This document shows, piece by piece, positions 1-7,629 of a DNA stretch of 44,075 nt; positions within the stretch are counted from its first letter, which is position 1, and every line of letters starts with the position of its first letter. Under the pieces are notes generated by a model. It was not told the origin of the DNA and did no database searches. It worked only from the letters and a program-made list of their open reading frames with translations. Origin of the DNA: Pseudomonadales bacterium (GTDB lineage: Bacteria; Pseudomonadota; Gammaproteobacteria; Pseudomonadales; Azotimanducaceae); the NCBI GenBank assembly GCA_035686405.1, contig DASRZO010000241.1, forward strand, positions 1 through 44,075. The letters are read 5' to 3'. Both the position numbers and the translations under genes were made by a program.

Positions 1-180
1 AACCGCATCCGCGGCGGCGATCAACAGATTTGGACCTTCGGCCTGAACTGGTACATCAACAACGTCATCAAGGCGCAACTCAACTACCAATACGTCGACG
101 TCAACCGGTTGACCGCCGCCGGCGCGCGACTGGGTCAGGACGTCGACCAAATTTCCATGCGGTGGCAGTTCGCGTTCTGA
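1..180 (+). CDS. Outer-membrane anion porin, OprO/OprP (phosphate-selective porin O/P) family, C-terminal fragment; 5' end lies outside the window
   Basis: Frame 1 is open from base 1 and reads NRIRGGDQQIWTFGLNWYINNVIKAQLNYQYVDVNRLTAAGARLGQDVDQISMRWQFAF*. It shows an alternating beta-strand pattern, a GLNWY..N..K..L.Y motif and the terminal aromatic F typical of OM beta-barrels. Stop TGA at 178-180. It is absent from the ORF track because it has no start in the window. Confidence 0.55.
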   Translation, partial: NRIRGGDQQIWTFGLNWYINNVIKAQLNYQYVDVNRLTAAGARLGQDVDQISMRWQFAF

Positions 181-211
181 ACGCCGACGAATTTACCAAT
201 CGGAGAATGTG

Positions 212-1228
212 ATGAATCTCGGAAGATCCCTTCGGCGCGCGTTCGCGCTGATTTTTGCGGCAGCAAGCGTGCTGCCGGCGGCCGCGGCCGATCAAGAGCT
301 GACGTTGTTGAACGTCTCGTACGATCCAACGCGTGAACTATGGCGCGACATCAACGACCACTTCATCCCGGAGTACAAGGCGAAGACCGGCATTTCGCTG
401 ACGATCAATCAGTCGCACGGCGGCTCCAGCACACAAGCGCGCGCCGTCATCGACGGTCTCGACGCGGACGTAGTGTCGCTGGCGTCGTACATCGACACCA
501 ACGCGATCGCGAAGCGCGGGTTGATCAAGGCGGGTTGGATCGACCGCCTGCCGAACCGTTCGCTGCCGTACACGTCGACGATCGTGTTCGTCGTTCGCAA
601 GGGCAATCCGTGGAAAATCCACGATTGGCCGGACCTGGTGAAGCCGGGCGTCGAAGTCGTGACGCCGAATCCGAAGACGTCGGGCAACGGTTACCTGACG
701 TTCTTCAGCGCGTGGGGCTCGGTCGTGCTGCGCGGCGGTACCGAGGATCAAGCAAAGGCGTTCCTCGCGGATCTGTACAAACACGTACCTGTGCTCGACT
801 CCGGCGCGCGCGGTTCGACGACGACGTTCGTGCAAAAGCGCATCGGCGACGTGCACCTCGCGTGGGAGAACGAAGCGCGCCTCGAAGTCGAGGAAGCGAA
901 GGGCTCGCTCGAAGTCGTCTATCCGCCGATCAGCATTCTCGCGGAACCGTTCGTGGCGGTCGTCGATGCGAACGTCGATCGAGCGAACGGACACCGCGCG
1001 GCGGCAGAGGCGTACTTGCAGTACCTGTACACGGATGAAGGGCAGGAGATCATCGCGAAGCACTACTATCGCCCGTACAACGCGGCGATCTTGCAGGCGC
1101 ACGCGGCGGACTTCCCGACCATCGAGCTGTTCCCCATCACCAAAATCGCAGCGGGTTGGGAAGAAGCCCAGAAGCGTTTCACCGGCGATGGCGGCTTGTT
1201 CGATACCTTCTATAAGCCCGGGCAGTAA
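212..1228 (+). CDS. sbp: Sulfate/thiosulfate ABC transporter periplasmic binding protein
   Basis: Signal peptide MNLGRSLRRAFALIFAAASVLPAAAA, then ELTLLNVSYDPTRELW...GNPK, resembling Sbp/CysP along its full length. GGAG lies 6 nt upstream of ATG 212 (the ORF track uses in-frame GTG 209). Followed directly by cysT-cysW-cysA. Confidence 0.9.
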   Translation: MNLGRSLRRAFALIFAAASVLPAAAADQELTLLNVSYDPTRELWRDINDHFIPEYKAKTGISLTINQSHGGSSTQARAVIDGLDADVVSLASYIDTNAIAKRGLIKAGWIDRLPNRSLPYTSTIVFVVRKGNPWKIHDWPDLVKPGVEVVTPNPKTSGNGYLTFFSAWGSVVLRGGTEDQAKAFLADLYKHVPVLDSGARGSTTTFVQKRIGDVHLAWENEARLEVEEAKGSLEVVYPPISILAEPFVAVVDANVDRANGHRAAAEAYLQYLYTDEGQEIIAKHYYRPYNAAILQAHAADFPTIELFPITKIAAGWEEAQKRFTGDGGLFDTFYKPGQ

Positions 1229-1246
1229 ACGTTCAACAAAGGACAG

Positions 1247-1272
1247 GGACGCTCATGCGTGCGTGAGCGTCC
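1247..1272 (+). terminator. Intercistronic stem-loop between sbp and cysT (possible partial terminator or mRNA stabiliser)
   Basis: GGACGCTCA (1247-1255) pairs perfectly with TGAGCGTCC (1264-1272) around an 8-nt loop, followed by TTT. It sits in the 74-nt gap between the binding-protein gene and the permease genes. Confidence 0.45.
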
Positions 1273-1302
1273 TTTCCATACGTTCGAGAAATGTGATCGC
1301 AG

Positions 1303-2127
1303 ATGGCCAACGTCAACCGGAGGGTTTTGCCGGGGTTTTCCCTCACGCTCGGATACTCGGTGTTCTATCTGAGCGTGCTGGTCATCATTCCGATCGCCGC
1401 GTGCTTTCTGAAAGCCGGTTCGCTCACGCTCGACGATTTCGTTCGAGCGGTGTGGACGGACCGCGCGCGAGCCGCGTATGCGTTGACGTTCGGCGCGGCG
1501 TTCGTCGCGGCGACGGTCAACGTCGCGCTCGGTCTGCTGATCGCGTGGGTTTTGGTGCGGTACGAATTTCCGCTGAAGAAACTCCTCGACTCGCTCGTCG
1601 ACCTGCCGCTCGCGTTGCCGACCGCCGTCGCCGGCCTCGTCTATAGCGCGCTGTACGTACCGACCGGTTGGCTCGGCCAGTATCTGGTGCCGCTCGGCAT
1701 CCAGGGTGCGTACACGCGGCTCGGCATCGTGCTCGTTCTGATATTCGTCGGCTTGCCGTTCGTGGTACGCACCGTGCAGCCGATTCTCGATGATCTCGAC
1801 CCGGAAAGCGAAGATGCGAGCGCTTCGCTCGGCGGCACGCGCTGGCAAACCTTCAGACACGTGATCTTGCCGCTGCTCTATCCCGCGATGGTGACGGGAT
1901 TCGGACTCGCGTTCGCGCGCGGCGTCGGCGAATACGGTGCAGTCGTCTTCGTCAGCGGGAACATGCCGTTCAAGACCGAGATCGCGCCGATCCTGATCGT
2001 TGCGCGGTTGGAGGAATTCGCGTACAGCGAGGCGACCGCGATCGCCGTCGTGTTGTTGGTACTGTCGTTTCTGTCGCTGCTGGTGATCAACCTGGTCGAG
2101 CGCTGGAGCACCCGCTATGAGCGCTGA
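1303..2127 (+). CDS. cysT: Sulfate ABC transporter permease CysT
   Basis: 274-aa multi-TM ABC permease with an EAA-type loop (EDASASLGGTRWQTFRHVILP). Position within sbp-cysT-cysW-cysA. The stop overlaps the cysW start by 11 nt. Confidence 0.9.
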   Translation: MANVNRRVLPGFSLTLGYSVFYLSVLVIIPIAACFLKAGSLTLDDFVRAVWTDRARAAYALTFGAAFVAATVNVALGLLIAWVLVRYEFPLKKLLDSLVDLPLALPTAVAGLVYSALYVPTGWLGQYLVPLGIQGAYTRLGIVLVLIFVGLPFVVRTVQPILDDLDPESEDASASLGGTRWQTFRHVILPLLYPAMVTGFGLAFARGVGEYGAVVFVSGNMPFKTEIAPILIVARLEEFAYSEATAIAVVLLVLSFLSLLVINLVERWSTRYER

Positions 2128-3202
2128 AGGCGTGTCGGTCCGGCAGTCGCAGAACGACGCCGTTTGGGTGCGCCGTACGCTGACGGGTGCGGCAGTGCTG
2201 GTCATCTTCGTGCTCGTGATCATTCCGCTCGTCAACGTGTTCGCGCAGGCGTTGAGCGACGGTCTCGGTGCGTATTGGGACAACCTTTTTCGCGATCACG
2301 ACACGTTAGCGGCGATCAAGCTGACGCTGATCGTCGCGCCGACTGCGCTGCTGCTGAACCTGATCTTCGGTGTCACTGCGGCGTGGGCGATCGCGAAGTT
2401 CAGTTTTCCCGGACGCACGTTGCTGACGGCGCTGATCGATCTGCCGTTCTCGGTTTCACCGGTCGTCGCCGGGCTCATCTTCGTACTGATCTTCGGGCTA
2501 CAGGGTTATTTGGGTCCGTTCCTGCGGCGCGATGGTTATTCGGCGATGCCGTATCTACTGTCGCTGCTCGTCGTCGCGATGTACGTGTTGCTCTATCTCG
2601 GATTTCGCCCGATCAATCCGATCGAACGGCTGGGTTGGTGGAAACATCCTTGGTCGGCGACGCTCGTCGGCGGTGCGATGGTGTTCGCGTTGACGTTCGC
2701 GCCGCAGATTTACTTCGAAGTTTGGCCGCGCGACACGAGTTTGAAGATCATCTTCGCAACGCCGGGCCTGATCCTCGCAACCGCGTTCATCACGTTCCCG
2801 TTCGTCGCGCGCGAATTGATTCCGGTGATGGAAGCGATCGGTGTCGAGGAAGAACTCGCCGCGGTGAGTCTCGGCGCCAATGGCTGGCAGGTCTTCTGGC
2901 AGATCACGGTGCCGAACATCAAGTGGGGCCTCATCTACGGCATCATCCTGTGCAACGCGCGGGCGATGGGCGAATTCGGCGCCGTCTACGTCGTGTCGGG
3001 ACACATCGCCGGCGTTACCGATACGATGCCGCTGCGCATCGAAAAACTGTTCCAGGAATACAACTTGCCCGGCTCGTTCGCCGTTGCTTCGCTGTTGACG
3101 CTCGTCGCGCTGCTCACGCTGCTGGCGAAGATCGGCGTCGACCGCGCGGAGGCAAATCGGATCAAGACCGCGAGCGAAGGCACCAACGAGTTACGTTCAT
3201 GA
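2117..3202 (+). CDS. cysW: Sulfate ABC transporter permease CysW, carrying an extra roughly 68-aa hydrophobic insertion
   Basis: The N- and C-terminal parts align by eye with E. coli CysW (FPGR.LL..L.D.PF.VSPVV.GL; NARA.GEFGAV.VVSG). At 361 aa it is longer than the 291-aa E. coli protein. The stop overlaps the cysA ATG (ATGA). Confidence 0.88.
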   Translation: MSAEGVSVRQSQNDAVWVRRTLTGAAVLVIFVLVIIPLVNVFAQALSDGLGAYWDNLFRDHDTLAAIKLTLIVAPTALLLNLIFGVTAAWAIAKFSFPGRTLLTALIDLPFSVSPVVAGLIFVLIFGLQGYLGPFLRRDGYSAMPYLLSLLVVAMYVLLYLGFRPINPIERLGWWKHPWSATLVGGAMVFALTFAPQIYFEVWPRDTSLKIIFATPGLILATAFITFPFVARELIPVMEAIGVEEELAAVSLGANGWQVFWQITVPNIKWGLIYGIILCNARAMGEFGAVYVVSGHIAGVTDTMPLRIEKLFQEYNLPGSFAVASLLTLVALLTLLAKIGVDRAEANRIKTASEGTNELRS

Positions 3203-4308
3203 GTATCTCGATCGATCGAGTCTATAAAAAGTTCGGCAATTTCACGGCGCTCGACGGCGTCAGTCTCGATGTGCCCGACGGCACGCTGCTCGCGTTGCTC
3301 GGCCCTTCGGGCTCCGGCAAGACGACGTTGCTGCGGATCATCGCGGGGCTCGAGGTCGCCGATTCGGGAACGGTGATCAGTGACGGCGAGGACATCACGC
3401 ACCAGTCGGCGCGCCATCGCAAAGTCGGTTTCGTGTTCCAACACTATGCGCTGTTCCGCCACATGACGGTCGCGCAGAACATCGCATACGGTCTCAAGGT
3501 ACGGAAAGCGCCGCGCAAACAAATCCAAGAGCGCGTCGACGAGATGCTGCGCTTGATTCGGCTCGAGACGCTGCAGAACCGGTATCCGGCGCAGTTGTCG
3601 GGTGGCCAACGGCAACGCGTCGCGCTCGCGCGCGCGCTGGCGGCGCAGCCGAGCGTGTTGTTGCTCGACGAACCGTTCGGCGCGCTCGACGCGAAAGTGC
3701 GCCAAGAGCTGCGGCAGTGGATCCGCCGGCTGCACGACCAAATCCACGTGACGAGCATATTTGTGACGCACGATCAGGAAGAGGCGTTCGAGGTCGCCGA
3801 TCGCGTCGTGGTAATGAATCACGCACGCATCGAACAGATCGGCACTCCGCAGGAGGTGTACAGCCATCCCGCGACCGCGTTCGTGTATCAATTCCTGGGC
3901 AACGTCACGACGTTCGCGGGTACGGTGCGCGACGCGTGGTTTCAGCTCGGGCAGACGGCGACCTATCTACCGGTCAGCGAGCCGGTGCGCAACGGCCCGG
4001 CGATCGCCTGCGTGCGCAATCACGACGTCAAAGTCCACCTGCAGCCGAGCGCGTTGGCGCCGATTGCCGCGCGCGTCACGCACGTGAACGCGGCGGGCTC
4101 GGTCGTCCGCGTCGAGCTCGAGCGCGCCGACGACAACAGTCGCATCGCGGCGGAGCTCTGCAAGGAAAACGGTGTGCCGCCGCTGCACCCGGGCGCGATC
4201 GCCTACGTCGAGCTGCGCAATGTGCGTGTGTTCCCGAGCGACGGCGCGGCGGTGCCGGCGCCGATTGCCGCCACCGCCCGCGAGCCGGTCGCCGACGCGG
4301 TCGGCTGA
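3199..4308 (+). CDS. cysA: Sulfate ABC transporter ATP-binding protein CysA
   Basis: Walker [10 protein letters not shown], signature LSGGQRQR, Walker B LLLDEPF, H-loop VTHDQ, and a C-terminal TOBE-like tail. ATG 3199 is in frame within the artificially long ORF 2164..4308. Confidence 0.92.
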   Translation: MSISIDRVYKKFGNFTALDGVSLDVPDGTLLALLGPSGSGKTTLLRIIAGLEVADSGTVISDGEDITHQSARHRKVGFVFQHYALFRHMTVAQNIAYGLKVRKAPRKQIQERVDEMLRLIRLETLQNRYPAQLSGGQRQRVALARALAAQPSVLLLDEPFGALDAKVRQELRQWIRRLHDQIHVTSIFVTHDQEEAFEVADRVVVMNHARIEQIGTPQEVYSHPATAFVYQFLGNVTTFAGTVRDAWFQLGQTATYLPVSEPVRNGPAIACVRNHDVKVHLQPSALAPIAARVTHVNAAGSVVRVELERADDNSRIAAELCKENGVPPLHPGAIAYVELRNVRVFPSDGAAVPAPIAATAREPVADAVG

Positions 4309-4434
4309 TCGCAAGACGTGAGCGTATGCGGTCCGCCGCGGCAAACGTGCGCGAGGGTGTAGTTGGTCGAGGCGCGAACCATCCGGACGTCAACGGCGTG
4401 ACCGTTCGCGCCTGAGCGGCGTCGTTGGTTGCGG

Positions 4435-5481
4435 CTACAGCGCCTCGACCAACGCCCACGCGCGCTCGGATCGCATCCGGCACGCGTCTTTGAAACCGAT
4501 CGCCGTCTCCGAACTCGCGTTGCCGTCGAGGCCGCGCTTGTACACGCCTTGGATGATCGCGGCCGAGCGGAACAGGTTGTATACGACGTAGAAGTTCCAG
4601 TTCTCGATCTCGCCGCGGCCGGCGAAACGGCAGTAATCGGCGATGAATTCCTTCTCGGACGGTACGCCGAAGTTCGCGAGATCCGGGCGCGCGAGCCCGG
4701 CCGTGGTGTACGAATCCGAGTGGTAGTCCATGCAGACGTAGCCCAGGTCCGCCAGCGGATGGCCGAGCGTCGACAGCTCCCAGTCGAGCACCGCGGCGAT
4801 GCGCGGCTCGGTCGGATGAATCAGCACGTTGCCCAGGCGGTAGTCGCCGTGCACCACCACGGTCTCGTCAGCCTGCGGCGTGTGCGCCGGCAGCCACTGC
4901 ATCAGGTTGTCCATCGCGGCGATCGGCTCCGTTTGCGATGCGACGTATTGCTTGCTCCAGCGCGTGATCTGCCGTGTGTAGTAGTTGCCCGGCCGGCCGA
5001 AATCTTCGAGCCCGACGGCGCGATAGTCGACGGTGTGCAGCGCTGCGAGCACGCGCGCGAGATCGCGGTACACGGCTCTGCGCTCGGCGTTGTTCATCGA
5101 CGGCAGCAGGAGATCGGTGAACACGCGGCCTTCGACCCTCTCCATCACGTAGAACTTCGTGCCGATCACCGACGTGTCCTCGCACAGCGCGTACATCTTC
5201 GGCACCGGCACGTCGGAATGGCGCAGCGCGTGCATCACGCGATGTTCGCGGTCGACCTGGTGCGCCGACGGCAGCAGTTCGCCCGGCGGCTGCTTGCGCA
5301 TGACGTATTCGCGCGAACCGGCGCGCAGTGCGAACGTCGGATTGCTCTGGCCGCCTTCGAATTGGCGCACCTGCAAACCGCCTTCGTAACCGTCGACGTG
5401 CGCGGCGAGGTAGCGATCGAGCGCGCGTTCGTCGAAGCGATGCGCCTCGCGCACGGCGGTCAATTGCGGAGCGTCTGTCAT
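4435..5481 (-). CDS. Phosphotransferase family protein (APH/ChoK-like kinase, ACAD10/11-associated type)
   Basis: 348 aa with GGQSNPTF near the N-terminus, a catalytic-loop HGDYRLGNV and a DWE motif (VLDWELSTLG). Confidence 0.8.
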   Translation of the reverse strand: MTDAPQLTAVREAHRFDERALDRYLAAHVDGYEGGLQVRQFEGGQSNPTFALRAGSREYVMRKQPPGELLPSAHQVDREHRVMHALRHSDVPVPKMYALCEDTSVIGTKFYVMERVEGRVFTDLLLPSMNNAERRAVYRDLARVLAALHTVDYRAVGLEDFGRPGNYYTRQITRWSKQYVASQTEPIAAMDNLMQWLPAHTPQADETVVVHGDYRLGNVLIHPTEPRIAAVLDWELSTLGHPLADLGYVCMDYHSDSYTTAGLARPDLANFGVPSEKEFIADYCRFAGRGEIENWNFYVVYNLFRSAAIIQGVYKRGLDGNASSETAIGFKDACRMRSERAWALVEAL

Positions 5482-5633
5482 CGGAATTCCTCGCGAACGA
5501 GCGCGCGTCGGCGGCGCGATGAGCGCGCAAGGATACGGCTTGCCTCCGCTCGCCGCAAAATGAGAGGCTTGGCGGCCTTCTGCGGGAAATTCCGCGCTTT
5601 TTCGATCTCGATTTCGGCGAGTCAGGGGGAACG

Positions 5634-6635
5634 ATGCCAGTCACGAAACGTATGGCGGTAACGCTGCCTGCGAGTCCTTTCATCAAGGACACGGTCGAAC
5701 GCGTCAAATGGGCCGAAGCGAACGGTTACACCGACGCCTGGTTCGGCGACGGCGGTGCGCCGGACGCGCTGACGACCACGGCAGCGCTCGCGCATCACGT
5801 GAAGACGTTGCGGATCGGCGTCGCGGTCACGCCGGTGTACACGCGTACGCCGGCGGTGCTCGCGGCGACGGCGAATGCGATCGGCCAACTGCTGCCGGGA
5901 CGTTTCGTGATGGGTCTCGGTTCGTCGAGCCAAACGATGATGACGGGTTGGCACGGCATTCCCCTCGACAAACCCGTTACCCGCGTCAGAGAGACCGCAA
6001 TCATGGTGCGGTCGATGCTGAAGGGCGAGAAGTCGGAGTTCGATTTGGAGACGATGTCGAGCCACGGCTACCGGCAATACCCGATGGAGAATCCGCCGCC
6101 GCTGTACATCGCGGCGCTGCGCTCGAACATGATCGAGATGGCGGCCGAAGTCGGCGACGGCGTGATCTTCAACTTGTGGCCGAAGCGCGCGCTGCCGAAG
6201 ATGATCGAACACGTGAAGATCGGCGCGAAGAAGGCGGGCAAGGATTGGCGCGACGTCGAGATCGTCAACCGCGCGATGGTGCTCGTGACCGACGACAAGG
6301 CCGAGGCGCGCAACCGTTTCCGTGCGGCGTTCGCCCCGTACTACGCGACGCCGGTGTACAACAAGTTCCTCGCGTGGGCCGGATACGAAGATGCCGCCGA
6401 GACCATCAACGCCGGGTGGGCGGCGAAGGACCGCGCGAAGACCGGCGGGGCGCTCACCGATGCGTTGATCGACGAAGTCGCGATCATCGGTAACGAAGCG
6501 GAATGCCGCGCGCGCATCAAGGAGGACGCCGCCGGCGGCATTCACACGCACATCATCGCGCCGCTCGCGGGCTCGAACGGTGCCGACGTGATGCGTACGT
6601 TCAAGGCGTTCACGCCCGACCAATTTTCCTTCTAA
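5634..6635 (+). CDS. LLM-class (luciferase-like) flavin/F420-dependent oxidoreductase
   Basis: 333-aa TIM-barrel LLM pattern (GYTDAWFGD...RIGVAVTPVYTRTPAVLA...GRFVMGLGSS). GGGGGA RBS 5 nt (AACG... spacer) before ATG 5634. Confidence 0.8.
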   Translation: MPVTKRMAVTLPASPFIKDTVERVKWAEANGYTDAWFGDGGAPDALTTTAALAHHVKTLRIGVAVTPVYTRTPAVLAATANAIGQLLPGRFVMGLGSSSQTMMTGWHGIPLDKPVTRVRETAIMVRSMLKGEKSEFDLETMSSHGYRQYPMENPPPLYIAALRSNMIEMAAEVGDGVIFNLWPKRALPKMIEHVKIGAKKAGKDWRDVEIVNRAMVLVTDDKAEARNRFRAAFAPYYATPVYNKFLAWAGYEDAAETINAGWAAKDRAKTGGALTDALIDEVAIIGNEAECRARIKEDAAGGIHTHIIAPLAGSNGADVMRTFKAFTPDQFSF

Positions 6636-6666
6636 CGCTACGCACGACGCTCAGACGGAGGCGCAC

Positions 6667-7494
6667 GTGGACTACCGCAAGATCATCGTCGATGTGCCGC
6701 GGCCGAAGGTGCAGCGGATCACGCTGAATCGGCCCGACAAGCGCAACCCGCTTTCGAACGAATTGCGCGGTGAGTTGTTTCAAGCGCTCGAACGCGCAGA
6801 CAACGACGAGTCGATCGCCGTCACCGTGATCCGCGGCGCCGGCGAGTGTTTCTCCGCCGGCTACGACTTGAAGTCGAACGTCGCGGAAGGCCAGCCGTTC
6901 CACACTGCGGGCGGAATCGGCAATTGGCCGCGCCACGTGGTCGAAGGTTTCTTCCGCATGTGGGATTTGGCGAAGCCGGTGATCGCCCAAGTGCACGGCT
7001 ATTGCCTCGCGGGCGGCACCGAACTCGCCACCGCGTGCGACCTCGTGTACGTCGCCGAAGACGCGAAGATCGGCTACCCGGTCGTGCGAGCGATCAGCCC
7101 GCCGGACAATCAGTTCTATCCGTGGATCGTCGGCATGCGCCGCGCGATGGAGTTGATGTTGACGGGCGACTCGATGTCCGGCGTCGAAGCGGTGGAATGC
7201 GGTTTCGCGAATCGCGCGTTTCCGCAGGACGAACTCGAAGCGCGCGTGCTCGACGTCGCCGAGCGCGTCGCGAAAGTGCCGTCCGACCTCCAACAATTCA
7301 ACAAGCGCGCGGTGCACCGGCAGATGGACGCGATGGGCATTCGTGCGGGCATTCGTGCGGGCACCGAGATGCAGGCGCTCGCGACGTATACGCGTTCGAC
7401 GCAAGCGCATCTCGCCGAATTGCGCAACGGTTTGACCGACGCGCTGACGAAGCGCGATCGCGAATTCGGCGACTACCGCACGACGAAGAAATAG
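6667..7494 (+). CDS. Enoyl-CoA hydratase/isomerase (crotonase) family protein
   Basis: ITLNRPDKRNPL, oxyanion-hole segment IRGAGECFSAGYDL, and CLAGGTELATACDL. GTG start 5 nt after GGAGG. Confidence 0.85.
   Translation: MDYRKIIVDVPRPKVQRITLNRPDKRNPLSNELRGELFQALERADNDESIAVTVIRGAGECFSAGYDLKSNVAEGQPFHTAGGIGNWPRHVVEGFFRMWDLAKPVIAQVHGYCLAGGTELATACDLVYVAEDAKIGYPVVRAISPPDNQFYPWIVGMRRAMELMLTGDSMSGVEAVECGFANRAFPQDELEARVLDVAERVAKVPSDLQQFNKRAVHRQMDAMGIRAGIRAGTEMQALATYTRSTQAHLAELRNGLTDALTKRDREFGDYRTTKK
7336..7359 (+). repeat. In-frame 12-bp tandem duplication (GGCATTCGTGCG x2) inside the crotonase gene
   Basis: Read directly: ggcattcgtgcg ggcattcgtgcg, followed by ggca. It encodes GIRA-GIRA-G. Confidence 0.9.
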
Positions 7495-7629
7495 TGCTCG
7501 CAACCGCGACGTCGACCGTCGAGCTCGTTCCCGTCGACCGTTCGCGGTGATGTCGCGAGCGGCACGCGCCAAGTGACACGCGGTGAGTGAGGGGCCGCGG
7601 GTGACGCCCGCCGCAATGACGACTCGCGC

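Noticed and set aside
2164-4308. Over-long ORFs that seem to fuse neighbouring genes (2164..4308, 11153..12829, 13972..16677, 28940..31648, 34474..36429, 38413..40563)
   Set aside because: Only the 3' part of each has a recognisable family match: cysA, LLM, Lon-like, the hypothetical, nhaA and the MhpD-like protein. The 5' parts run out of frame or antisense through other real genes. In each case an internal ATG with an RBS or a stop/start overlap gives the sensible start.
4371-4412. A 9-bp inverted repeat GGCGCGAAC...GTTCGCGCC between convergent cysA and the APH kinase gene
   Set aside because: The 24-nt loop makes a stable terminator hairpin doubtful, and there is no T-tract.
7495-7629. 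A search for a CueR/MerR-type operator (long-spacer promoter with dyad) upstream of copA
   Set aside because: I found only trivial 6-bp restriction-site-like palindromes (GTCGAC, GAGCTC) and a 9-bp direct repeat (GTCGACCGT). There is no dyad of MerR-box form and no -35/-10 pair with a 19-20 bp spacer.
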